DNA of 25,312 nucleotides, taken from positions 1 through 25,312 of the forward strand of contig JBFMGO010000090.1 of the NCBI GenBank assembly GCA_040752695.1. The letters run 5' to 3'. Under the pieces are notes generated by a model. That model was not told the DNA's origin. It did no database searches and saw only the letters and a list, made by a program, of their open reading frames with translations. Every line of letters begins with the position of its first letter. Positions within the stretch are counted from its first letter, which is position 1. The position numbers were made by a program, and so were the translations under genes. Shown here piece after piece: positions 16,421 to 25,312 of this stretch. The DNA is from a bacterium (GTDB lineage: Bacteria > SZUA-182 > DTGQ01).

Positions 16421-18967
16421 ATGTCAAGCCCGGTGAATCCGCAGCCGATGAACCCGCACAAGGGGAAATCAGGCCCGGTGGCCGAGTTATCAGCCAGCCA
16501 GTTGTGCCGCGGAAGCAGTCCTGAAGAGTTTGACTTCCAGAGTACAGAGAGCCTGGAGCCATTGGATGGCGTCATTGGTCAGGAGCGGGCCCTGCGTGCA
16601 GTATCGTTCGGCATCGGCATCAGGAGTCCCGGCTATCATCTGTATGCGCTGGGACCGGTCGGTACGGGAAAGACAACCACCATCCGGAAATTTCTCGAGA
16701 AGGATGCCCGATCCCAGCCCGTTCCTGATGACTGGCTGTACGTCAATAACTTCAACGATCCGGACAGGCCCTGCGCTTTGAGGCTGCCAGCAGGCAAGGG
16801 CCGGGAATTCAGGGATGATATGGACCGTCTGGTCGAGGACCTGAAAACGGATGTACCCAGAGCATTCGAGAGCAAAGAGTATAAGCAGGAGATAGCGGCT
16901 ATTGAGGAAGAATTTCAGCAAAGGAGCAAGCGGCTGTTTCAGGAACTGGACGAGCGGGCCCGCAGCCGGGGATTCCGGCTTGTGCAGACGCCTCAGGGAG
17001 TGATGATTGCACCTGCCCGGAATGGCGAAATTTTAACCTCTGAGAAGCTCAATGAACTTGATGAAAAAGAGCGGCACAGGATCATGGAAACGCAGCGGGG
17101 ATTGCAGAAGGAGGCACTGGGAGTCTGGCAGCGCATCCAGCAGCTTCAACGAGAGGGCAAGGAGCGCACCTATGATCTTGACCGCCGTGTGGTTGGATTT
17201 GCCGTCGATCACCTGATCAACAGCCTGAAGGAAAAATATGCTGCTTATGATCCTGTGAGCACATTTCTTTCCGAAGCTCAAGGAGCCATCCTGAAGAATG
17301 TCCAGGCATTTAAACAGATCAGGGAAGGGGAGCAGCCGCACCAGCCGCAGCAGATGCTGATGGCCTTAATGGGTGATCGGCAGTCCTCGTTGTTTGATGA
17401 GTACCGTGTCAACCTGATCGTGGATAACAGCAGGATCGAAGGTGCACCGGTGGTTCTGGAAAGTAATCCCACGGTCCCGAATCTGGTCGGCCGCATCGAA
17501 TACCAGGGCAGATTCGGCACGCTGGTTACCAATTTCCGGATGATCAAGGCAGGCGCCCTGCACCAGGGCAATGGCGGCTATCTGATGATCGAGGTAAATG
17601 ACTTGCTCACCAGATCGTTTGCCTGGCAGATCCTGAAGCGGGCACTGAAGAAAGAAAAGATCGTCATCGAAGGGGTGGGAGAAGCCTTCGGAGCCATAAC
17701 CACCCGCACTCTGAAGCCCGAGCCCATTCCGCTGAATCTGAAGGTGATCCTGATTGGCGACCCCTCCCTCTATTATCTTCTTTACCATGTGGACCCGGAT
17801 TTTCAGGAGCTGTATAAGGTCAAGGCGGATTTTTCCGACCGGATGGACCGGAACCCCGAAACGACCCAAAAATACGCCCGGTTTGTCAGCACCATATGCC
17901 GGGAGGAGTCACTGAAGCATTTCGATCCTTCCGGTGTGGCCAGGATTGTCGAGCACAGCGCACGGATGGTAAACCACCAGGATAAGCTTTCCACCAAATT
18001 CGGTGATATTGTCGATCTGATCCGCCAATCCAGCTACTGGGCAGGTCAAAACGGAAATCATGTCATCCGGGCCGAAGATGTCCAGAAAGCCATTGAAGAG
18101 AAAATATACCGCCTCAGCCGCCTCGAAGAACGTTTGCAGGAAATGATCGAAGAAGGCACGATCCTCATCGACACCGATGGCTGGGTTGTCGGCCAGGTGA
18201 ATGGCATATCCGTAATACCGCTGGGGGACTACAGCTTCGGAAAACCTTCACGGATTACCGCCCGAACTTTCGCGGGCAGCCGCGGTGTGGTCAATATCGA
18301 CCGGGAGGCTAAGCTTGGCGGCCGCATTTATAATAAAGGCACCATGATTCTGGCTGGCTACCTTGGGGGCACCTATGCCGGTAATGTGCCGCTGACGATT
18401 TCAGCCAGCCTTACTCTCGAGCAGCTCTACGAGGAAGTCGAGGGAGACAGCGCCTCTTCGGTCGAACTCTATGCGCTTTTATCCAGCCTGTCCGGTTTTC
18501 CGATCCGGCAGGACATGGCTGTGACAGGTTCGGTGAATCAGCATGGGGAAGTGCAGCCCATCGGCGGGGTGAATGAAAAGATCGAAGGTTTTTTCCACGT
18601 GTGCAGACTCAAAGGGATCACGGGCAGTCAGGGCGTGCTTATCCCGCAGAAGAACCTCAAGAACCTGATGCTCCGTGAATATGTAGTCGATGCCGTCAAG
18701 GAAGGCAGGTTCCATATCTATCCGATTTCAACCATTGACGAAGGCATAACCCTGCTCACCGGCAGGAGGGCAGGGAAGCGCCGGCCAGACGGCACGTATC
18801 CTGACGGCACGGTCAATGGAGCCGTACAGAGAAGGATACATGAGTTGGCCGAGAAGGCTAGAACCTTCGGCAGATATAAGGAGAAACCCGGTGAAGGAGG
18901 AACCGGCGAGGGAGAGTCCGACGGGGGAGAGTCCGATAGGGGAGAGTGCAATGAGCGGGCATTTTGA
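16421..18967 (+). CDS. Lon-like (LonC/LonB-related) AAA+ serine protease, soluble
   Basis: IGQERA, Walker A GPVGTGKT, DWLYVNNF, coiled-coil insertion, GALHQGNGGYL, GQVNG, catalytic EGDSAS and GGVNEKIEGF (Ser-Lys dyad). Confidence 0.92.
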   Translation: MSSPVNPQPMNPHKGKSGPVAELSASQLCRGSSPEEFDFQSTESLEPLDGVIGQERALRAVSFGIGIRSPGYHLYALGPVGTGKTTTIRKFLEKDARSQPVPDDWLYVNNFNDPDRPCALRLPAGKGREFRDDMDRLVEDLKTDVPRAFESKEYKQEIAAIEEEFQQRSKRLFQELDERARSRGFRLVQTPQGVMIAPARNGEILTSEKLNELDEKERHRIMETQRGLQKEALGVWQRIQQLQREGKERTYDLDRRVVGFAVDHLINSLKEKYAAYDPVSTFLSEAQGAILKNVQAFKQIREGEQPHQPQQMLMALMGDRQSSLFDEYRVNLIVDNSRIEGAPVVLESNPTVPNLVGRIEYQGRFGTLVTNFRMIKAGALHQGNGGYLMIEVNDLLTRSFAWQILKRALKKEKIVIEGVGEAFGAITTRTLKPEPIPLNLKVILIGDPSLYYLLYHVDPDFQELYKVKADFSDRMDRNPETTQKYARFVSTICREESLKHFDPSGVARIVEHSARMVNHQDKLSTKFGDIVDLIRQSSYWAGQNGNHVIRAEDVQKAIEEKIYRLSRLEERLQEMIEEGTILIDTDGWVVGQVNGISVIPLGDYSFGKPSRITARTFAGSRGVVNIDREAKLGGRIYNKGTMILAGYLGGTYAGNVPLTISASLTLEQLYEEVEGDSASSVELYALLSSLSGFPIRQDMAVTGSVNQHGEVQPIGGVNEKIEGFFHVCRLKGITGSQGVLIPQKNLKNLMLREYVVDAVKEGRFHIYPISTIDEGITLLTGRRAGKRRPDGTYPDGTVNGAVQRRIHELAEKARTFGRYKEKPGEGGTGEGESDGGESDRGECNERAF

Positions 18968-20039
18968 GAATGTGTTTTTTACGCCCCGGCGGATTGCCAG
19001 GGAAAAGGCGCAATGGATGGAGTCCTGCCGGGGAAGGCTGCTCATCGCCAGTTGCCGCTCAGGCTCCTCTTTGGCTTCGAGCGTTGCCAGACGATACCGG
19101 GAGCTTTTAGGAGAGGATGCGAAAGAATGCGAAGTTCCCTATCTGGAAGGGGTCGATCTGCAGTTTTCCGATTCCGAGACCTGTGTTCGGCTCGCCAGTG
19201 ATGTCAGCGGCTATGATGTCTTCCTCTTTCAGGCGCTTTACGATCCGGTCTCAAACCAGACGGTCGACCGGAATTACCTGGCCCTTTTCATTGCAGCCAG
19301 AACCTTTCGGGAATGGGGAGCAAACTCGATAACAGCCATTTTGCCCTATCTGGCTTATGCACGGCAGGATAAGCCGACCAAATTCGAACGGGAGCCTGCC
19401 ACGGCCAAGCTCATGGCCGATTTGAGTACCGAGGCGGGTATCGACCGGGTGGTCACCTGGCATCCGCATTCCGACCAGATTCGCGGGTTCTACGGAAAGA
19501 AGCCGATCGACGCGCTGGAATCACTCCCGCTTTTCATCGAGGAGTTTCGCCGCTTCCAGGGCAGGGAGGATACCATAGCCATTGCTCCCGATGCAGGTGC
19601 ATCGAAGCTTGTCACCTATTTCAGCCGGACGCTCGGCCTCAAGAGCGCAATTACCTCGAAGTACCGGCCGCGTCCCGAACAGGCCGCTGTCTCGGAAATC
19701 ATCGGAGATTTTTCGGAGAAAAGAATCGCCGTCATTCTCGATGATATGATCGGCACCGCAGGAACAATGCATACTCTTATCAGGGAACTGGTCGAAAAGA
19801 GGGGAATCGAAGAGGTGTATCTTGGCGTTTCCCATAACCTTTGTCTCGATCCTGCTTATGACCGGCTTTTGGATTTGCGGACCTACTATCACCTCAAGGA
19901 ACTGATCATCACCGACAGCGTTCCGCAGACCGACAGGTTCAAGGCGTTGCCCTTTCTCAAGATCAGAAGCCTGGCAGATACTATGGCCCGGATAATCAAC
20001 CGGATTCACTACAACCGGGAGGTCAGCGGGTTATTTTAA
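18951..20039 (+). CDS. prs: Ribose-phosphate pyrophosphokinase (PRPP synthetase) family protein
   Basis: FSDSE, PYLAYARQDK, APDAG and PRPP-binding ILDDMIGTAGT motifs. Start reassigned to ATG 18951 (GGGAG upstream; 17-nt overlap with the protease gene). Confidence 0.88.
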   Translation: MSGHFENVFFTPRRIAREKAQWMESCRGRLLIASCRSGSSLASSVARRYRELLGEDAKECEVPYLEGVDLQFSDSETCVRLASDVSGYDVFLFQALYDPVSNQTVDRNYLALFIAARTFREWGANSITAILPYLAYARQDKPTKFEREPATAKLMADLSTEAGIDRVVTWHPHSDQIRGFYGKKPIDALESLPLFIEEFRRFQGREDTIAIAPDAGASKLVTYFSRTLGLKSAITSKYRPRPEQAAVSEIIGDFSEKRIAVILDDMIGTAGTMHTLIRELVEKRGIEEVYLGVSHNLCLDPAYDRLLDLRTYYHLKELIITDSVPQTDRFKALPFLKIRSLADTMARIINRIHYNREVSGLF

Positions 20040-20081
20040 GAAAGATCCGTGAGTTATTTTACCAGCAAAGGAGACTCATTC

Positions 20082-21131
20082 ATGATAGAACAGATTCAGG
20101 AGTTATTGGGTAGTGATGAAGGGCTTTTGACCTATTCATGCAGGGGGATTTCCAGGGACCGCCTCCATGTGCCAGGTCCTGATTTTATCGAGCGCGTATT
20201 CATACCGTCCGACCGGCCGACAGCCACCCTCAGGAACCTGCGGCTGGTCTATAATACCGGCAGGCTGGCCGGTACGGGGTATCTGTCTATCCTTCCCGTG
20301 GACCAGGGGGTCGAGCACTCGGCAGGGGCATCTTTTGCGCCCAATCCGGATTATTTCGACCCTGAGAACATCGTAAGACTGGCCATTGAAGGGGGGTGCA
20401 ACGCAGTCGCTTCAACCTTCGGAGTGCTGGGCTCCGTGGCCCGCACCTATGCCCATAAAATCCCGTTCATCGTCAAGCTCAACCATAATGAACTTTTATC
20501 ATACCCCAATACGCATGATCAGGTCCCCTTTGCCAACGTAGAAAAGGCATTCGAAATGGGGGCTGTCGGCGTCGGTGCAACCATCTATTTCGGCTCACCG
20601 GAGTCGAGGCGTCAAATCGTCGAAGTTTCGAACATGTTCGAGCAGGCACACAGTCTGGGAATGTTCACCGTGCTGTGGTGTTACTTGCGCAACCCAGTCT
20701 TTAAACAGGATAAGGATTACCACAATGCAGCGGATTTGACCGGGCAGGCGAATCACCTGGGCGTAACCATTCAGGCGGATATCGTCAAACAAAAGCAGCC
20801 GGAAAATAATGGCGGCTACAAGGCACTGAAGTTCGGAAAGACGAGCGATCTGGTTTACACCGATCTGGTGCCGGACCATCCCATCGAGTGGACCCGCTAC
20901 CAGGTGGCTAACTGTTATATGGGGCGGGCAGGTTTAATTAACTCGGGCGGCGCATCATCGGGAGCGGGCGACCTGGCCCAGGCCGTGCGCACGGCAGTAA
21001 TCAATAAGCGGGCCGGAGGAATGGGACTGATTACAGGACGAAAGGCATTCCAGAAGCCATTCAAGGAAGGCATAACCCTTTTGCGAACAGTCCAGGACGT
21101 TTACCTTGACAGGGACATAACCATTGCCTGA
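20082..21131 (+). CDS. fbaB: Class I fructose-bisphosphate aldolase (DhnA/FbaB)
   Basis: [44 protein letters not shown] (Schiff-base Lys), [20 protein letters not shown] 20082 follows AAAGGAG. Confidence 0.96.
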   Translation: MIEQIQELLGSDEGLLTYSCRGISRDRLHVPGPDFIERVFIPSDRPTATLRNLRLVYNTGRLAGTGYLSILPVDQGVEHSAGASFAPNPDYFDPENIVRLAIEGGCNAVASTFGVLGSVARTYAHKIPFIVKLNHNELLSYPNTHDQVPFANVEKAFEMGAVGVGATIYFGSPESRRQIVEVSNMFEQAHSLGMFTVLWCYLRNPVFKQDKDYHNAADLTGQANHLGVTIQADIVKQKQPENNGGYKALKFGKTSDLVYTDLVPDHPIEWTRYQVANCYMGRAGLINSGGASSGAGDLAQAVRTAVINKRAGGMGLITGRKAFQKPFKEGITLLRTVQDVYLDRDITIA

Positions 21132-21145
21132 GCCCTAGTGTGCGC

Positions 21146-21868
21146 TCAGGCAGGCTTCCCTGCGGTAAAGACAAAGTAGTTGCGCTGATTGAAGCGACTC
21201 TGGACAAAGCGGGAAACATTATGGACCGGAATACGGCCCGGCGTAAATCCGTGAGGAGATCCATGATGGGCATGAGAGTGGACAACGATATCCACGTTGT
21301 GGCGGTCCAGGACATCGGCAAAAAGTGATGATCCAAGGAAAGGATACAGCTCTATCTCTTCGCCCTTCAGGGTCTCCTTGATCGGAGCATAGTGCATCGC
21401 TGCCACCCGGTACGGGCAGTTGAGATCTCCCAGTGCCTTGTCCATACGTCTGGCCTCATCGATGCTTGTCCGGATAAATGCCTTGAGTGCCTGCTCACCG
21501 AAGGGCTGAAGATGCAGTTTGCCGAATCCGCCGCAAAAGCCTTTTGTTCCGACAATTCCAATGCCATTGATCTCGCAGGCAGTGCCATCCAGGACACTGA
21601 TACCGCTGTCGATCATCATCCTGACCAGAAGCTCGATCTGGTCGCTTTCATGGTCGTGATTTCCTGCAACTGCTACGATAGGCAGAGGAATCTGCTTAAG
21701 CTCGTCAAGGAGCACCTCCATCTCTTTCACCTGACCCGTATTGGTAATGTCACCAGTCAAAAGAAGGATGTCCGCTGCGCGATCGACTCCGCCAAGAAGC
21801 TGCCTGACCGCGCCTGCCGAGTCGGAGTCGGCCTTGCAGTGCAGGTCGCCGATGGCGGCGATTCTCAT
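21146..21868 (-). CDS. Calcineurin-like metallophosphoesterase (Icc-related)
   Basis: GDLH, GDIT, GNHD, HYAP and HSHAH motifs; 4-nt ATGA overlap with the upstream gene. Confidence 0.92.
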   Translation of the reverse strand: MRIAAIGDLHCKADSDSAGAVRQLLGGVDRAADILLLTGDITNTGQVKEMEVLLDELKQIPLPIVAVAGNHDHESDQIELLVRMMIDSGISVLDGTACEINGIGIVGTKGFCGGFGKLHLQPFGEQALKAFIRTSIDEARRMDKALGDLNCPYRVAAMHYAPIKETLKGEEIELYPFLGSSLFADVLDRHNVDIVVHSHAHHGSPHGFTPGRIPVHNVSRFVQSRFNQRNYFVFTAGKPA

Positions 21869-22659
21869 ATCTTCTCTCCCCGCTCATTGACCAGAGGAAG
21901 CAGGTTGCACCCATTCTCATAGTCCCACTCTCTGCAATCCACGGCAAACATGAAGGCATCCAGCAGCATACCGCGAAAAGCCTTGGGCCTTTTCGGCTTT
22001 TCCCAGCCTTCCCGCATCTGTCCAAAGAGGCTGATCATCAATTCCTTCGGCAGGTAGTCCGAATGGCTGGGGTAGACAAAATCGAAAAGAATCAGGTAGA
22101 GCAAGAGTATTTCCCAGTTATCCTTCAGATGACCGAGCACGCGCTGCCAGTCGATTCTTCCCTGGACGCACCGGATGAGATGGACAATGTCCGCTCCGTC
22201 GAAGCGGTTGCTTTTCAGCATATAGACCTTCGAAGCGATCAGTTCCTCGACTGCGGCCAGTTGCGTCCTGATCCCAAAGATCTCGGTCGGCTGACTGTGC
22301 TCAAACCATGACCGGTCAACCGGAAACTGATTGCTGGATGTTCCAAAGATCAGGTCCATGAGGTAGGGCCTTTTGTGCGCCTTGGCCAGCCAGTATACAT
22401 CCCTGACTTCCGTCTCGAAACCCTCTTTACTCAGCGCATTCAGGGCCTTCTTCAGATCGCCGGGCTGAAGGAACACATCAAGGTCTTTCGTATCCCGCCA
22501 GATGCCTGTATAGGCATACACCGCAAAGGCTCCTCCCACGACGTACGGGATTGCCGCCTCATTCAGGATGTGCAGCCAGCGGGAAAACACGGCCGCTTCC
22601 TCCGCCGCAACCCTGATATTGTCGATATGTATCCGCCCTGCCGGTGGTTCGCTGTGCAT
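21865..22659 (-). CDS. Uncharacterised nucleotidyltransferase-family protein
   Basis: VGGAFAV..YTG..RDTKDLDVF (GG...DxD), WLAKA, DLIF, EELIASK...RFDGADI.HL motifs. Confidence 0.85.
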   Translation of the reverse strand: MHSEPPAGRIHIDNIRVAAEEAAVFSRWLHILNEAAIPYVVGGAFAVYAYTGIWRDTKDLDVFLQPGDLKKALNALSKEGFETEVRDVYWLAKAHKRPYLMDLIFGTSSNQFPVDRSWFEHSQPTEIFGIRTQLAAVEELIASKVYMLKSNRFDGADIVHLIRCVQGRIDWQRVLGHLKDNWEILLLYLILFDFVYPSHSDYLPKELMISLFGQMREGWEKPKRPKAFRGMLLDAFMFAVDCREWDYENGCNLLPLVNERGEKI

Positions 22660-22935
22660 CTTGTCCCGGTTTTATCTTTCAGGTTTCCCGCATCGTCTCG
22701 TGTGCACCCTGGTTCGTCTCGTGTGCACCCTGGTTCGTCTGGCAGCCACTATCATGCGGCCAAGCCGGCCGTAACCTCGATCATAACCGAAGTGCATAGT
22801 ACTTTTCGGCTCCTCGACGGGAAAAACCTCATTCTATAACGCTATAATGATAATCTCCGGAAGTCACTGATCAATGAGTCCTGCTCTACGCCCCCCCCGA
22901 AGTCCCGACGAACAACCGGCAGGCATTTTCATAAA

Positions 22936-22969
22936 CAGGGGGGAGGAATATATCAATCCGTCCCCCCTG
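22936..22969 (-). terminator. Probable intrinsic terminator of the cohesin/dockerin gene
   Basis: Minus strand caggggggacgga...tcctcccccctg stem followed by TTTAT, about 28 nt after the stop codon. Confidence 0.6.
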
Positions 22970-22996
22970 ATTCCTCACCGTTCACATACAAACATA

Positions 22997-24427
22997 TCAG
23001 TCTAAGCAGCAGGGAATTCCCAGAAATTTTTGGAATATACACAAGGCATCGGCGGGAGTAATCACGCCATCACCATTCGCATCAGCACACGGCACGTATT
23101 TATCCAGCAGGTAACATTGCAGGGCAATCCTGGCATCAGCCGGAGTGACTGCACCATCGCCGTTAAGATCACCATTACAATCTGGAATAATGGTCAGGCA
23201 TCCGCCGGATGCCGGCCAGTAAGCGACATCATCCGTCAATGCGAATAACGTGAGAGGATAGCTTTGATTTTCTGCTCCATCAATGATCAGGAATCGCAAA
23301 AGAATGAGATCTCCGCTGCTCCCGATGGCAACATTGCCGGCAGTATCGATTCCTCCGATACGCAGATGGCCCCCTCCAAGATCAGCTGCCTTCAAAAGTT
23401 CAAACGATTGACTCAAAGGTCCCGGGGCGAAACCGACAAAACTCAAAATATTCCAATCATAGGCAAGGTCAAAGCCTACGCTGAGCACCTTACTGGAGGC
23501 TCCCTGGATGCGGACTGCAATAATGACCTCTTCGCCTACTTTTCCTTCGGCATCTTTAATATCGAGAATACCGATGTCTGTCTCTCCGCAGGCGGAGGGT
23601 AAGGGAGCTTCAAAATTGAAAAAGTCATAATTTCCACCTCCCAGATCCACTACCACTACCAGCGACTGGCCAAAGTGAATGGCCCTTTCGGCACCCGTGT
23701 TTCCCAGGGGCAGTGATAGAACATCCCCGTAGTTTATCGCCGGAGGAGTTCCATCCTGAGATAGGAGGATGTCAAAAAACTGATTGGCCAAAGGCCCCTC
23801 AAGGGTATTTTCCAGATTTAAGGTTCTGGGAGTAAATGCCTCGTCCACAACGGCGACTTTCACCGCATGAACCGGGAGGGGGGCTGCCTGCCCGATCAAC
23901 TCAAAATTTCCGTTCTTCCAGAAATCAGGGTCATTTTCATTAACCTTGATTTCGGCTGCCTGAAAGTTGCCCACATGCACCACAGGGATAAAGAAACCAT
24001 CGCCTATATAGGGGAAATCAACTGTCACACTGGCAGCAGGGTAATAAGTACCTATCGGGTTGCCATGCTCGTCCGTCCACCAGGCACCGATAATCGGTGC
24101 ATGCGAAGCGCTTCCACCAAGCGGTGTCGCCGTAAAGCACACATCACCGGCAGTGCCAGCCGGAACCTGTCCATTCCACCACCTCAGAACCGTCTGCATC
24201 TTTCCATTCACTTCCCGGTGATAATATTCATGGTTTAGAAAATCCCATTCCATCATCTCGGTAATCGTATAATCGCCATCCAAGATTTTAACCACATCAT
24301 ACGCTGTGGCACCGGTATTATTCTGCTGATGTTCATTATGGCTCCAGCCAAACGAAATTGATGAATAACCAGCTATTACTCCAAGGGCTAAACTAAAAAC
24401 AAACAGTTTTCTCATCAAAGATTTCAT
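22997..24427 (-). CDS. Secreted protein: unknown N-terminal domain + cohesin domain + C-terminal type I dockerin-like domain
   Basis: Signal peptide; cohesin-like G.VGEEV.IAVRI......S.GFDLAYD...L.FV....GPL...F...G.L..L.F; duplicated Ca-binding repeats GDLNGDGAVTPADA and ADANGDGVITPADA. Confidence 0.85.
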   Translation of the reverse strand: MKSLMRKLFVFSLALGVIAGYSSISFGWSHNEHQQNNTGATAYDVVKILDGDYTITEMMEWDFLNHEYYHREVNGKMQTVLRWWNGQVPAGTAGDVCFTATPLGGSASHAPIIGAWWTDEHGNPIGTYYPAASVTVDFPYIGDGFFIPVVHVGNFQAAEIKVNENDPDFWKNGNFELIGQAAPLPVHAVKVAVVDEAFTPRTLNLENTLEGPLANQFFDILLSQDGTPPAINYGDVLSLPLGNTGAERAIHFGQSLVVVVDLGGGNYDFFNFEAPLPSACGETDIGILDIKDAEGKVGEEVIIAVRIQGASSKVLSVGFDLAYDWNILSFVGFAPGPLSQSFELLKAADLGGGHLRIGGIDTAGNVAIGSSGDLILLRFLIIDGAENQSYPLTLFALTDDVAYWPASGGCLTIIPDCNGDLNGDGAVTPADARIALQCYLLDKYVPCADANGDGVITPADALCIFQKFLGIPCCLD

Positions 24428-24909
24428 TAGTGCATTTCCTCATCAAGGCAAAAATGTGATCTTCTCGATGCCCCCCCCGGAATGAAGGGGCATTGTCTTT
24501 TGAGCGGGAGGAGCCGGGGGGGAGCTCCTCAATGAAAGAGTGTGCGCGGTCAACCTTTAAACTAAAGGGTGGAGACCGGGCCCCTCTATGGTCAGTATGC
24601 AGCATAAAACACATGAACTTTCCTCCCTGCCGACTATTTTTATCATTATTTCCACCTGGATATACTGCGAGCCGGTGTTCGAGATGAGGATGACGTCACT
24701 TCGAGCGGAGCGGGAAATACTGCGGGGCACGGGCTTTCCCCGCTATCCTTTAAGCGAGGAATAGGGATACCTTTATCTGAAATAGCAGTAACATCGTGGT
24801 GGGACTGTCTGGAGTAAGACATTTCATATTAATTATATATCTATAATATTAATTATTAATTTTCTATATATTTATAATTTTATATTTAAAATTAATTTAA
24901 TAAAATAAA

Positions 24910-24925
24910 TGCAAAAATTATGCCA
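24910..24925 (-). promoter_or_regulatory. Sigma-54 (-24/-12) promoter directed at the cohesin/dockerin gene
   Basis: Minus strand TGGCATAATTTTTGCA: exact GG-N10-GC spacing and a close match to TGGCAC-N5-TTGCW, within very AT-rich DNA. Confidence 0.75.
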
Positions 24926-25312
24926 TGGATACTTTATACCAACCTGATAATTTCATATCTATCTTTCAATAAGATACCCTCACAAAAATGATGTTCGAGA
25001 CGCAAACGATCCTGATAAAATTATCAAATTATATGAAAAATGATTCCTATTTTTTATTTGATATAACTTAACTATATGATATATTTATACTATTATATTG
25101 AATATAAATATGAAATACTTTTCATAGATAGAAATTCATGATACCCTCGTGATCCCATTTTTTTAAAACTGCAGCGTTATTGACCGATTTTTCAAAACCG
25201 CAGTGGAACTGACCGGACAGGAGTCCACGAGATAGCACCACATAATAAGGTGGAATAGGCAAGATCTCGGGGGGGGAATCTGGATTCAATGGAGAATACC
25301 TTCGCCCGACCC

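Noticed and set aside
18816..18950. 45-aa N-terminal extension of prs
   Set aside because: It overlaps the protease CDS by about 150 nt and consists partly of repeat sequence; ATG 18951 has an RBS.
24975..25015. c-di-GMP-I riboswitch suggested by gagacgcaaa
   Set aside because: The upstream GGCAAA and GNRA stem and the P1 pairing are missing, and it faces away from the nearby gene.
24825..25140. Replication origin in the very AT-rich tract
   Set aside because: No clustered DnaA boxes or iterons and no dnaA or rep gene; better explained as a sigma-54 promoter region.

Overview
Bacterial chromosomal window of moderate GC with AT-rich intergenic regions. The gene content (Ni/Co ECF uptake, sigma-54 promoters, hybrid PAS kinase) suggests a diderm, possibly anaerobic, Desulfobacterota-like or candidate-phylum organism; this is inference only. 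From left to right: (1) a minus-strand operon with a sigma-54-type promoter, encoding an ExbB/TolQ-type subunit, two ExbD/TolR-type subunits, a CglF/GltF-like protein, a 1003-aa FHA...AgmX/PglI-C (GltG-like) protein and an outer-membrane beta-barrel gene that runs off the left edge, i.e. an Agl-Glt (myxobacterial gliding)-like envelope machine; (2) a divergent Slp lipoprotein; (3) a Ni/Co ECF transporter operon (DUF4198/NikK, NikL-like, NikM/CbiM, a small membrane protein, Q, and two O ATPases with Cys/His tails) behind a structured leader that ends in an intrinsic terminator; (4) an orphan MNT nucleotidyltransferase and an unannotated 34-aa hydrophobic peptide gene bracketed by a 19-nt long-range inverted repeat (type I toxin-like layout); (5) a PAS-PAS hybrid histidine kinase; (6) a Lon-like protease, PRPP synthetase and class I FBP aldolase; (7) a nucleotidyltransferase-metallophosphoesterase pair; (8) a secreted cohesin+dockerin protein with a near-consensus sigma-54 promoter and a roughly 470-nt structured leader. 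Short tandem duplications occur throughout the window. No rRNA, tRNA, CRISPR array or transposase was seen. All family calls come from motif recognition by eye, not from database searches.
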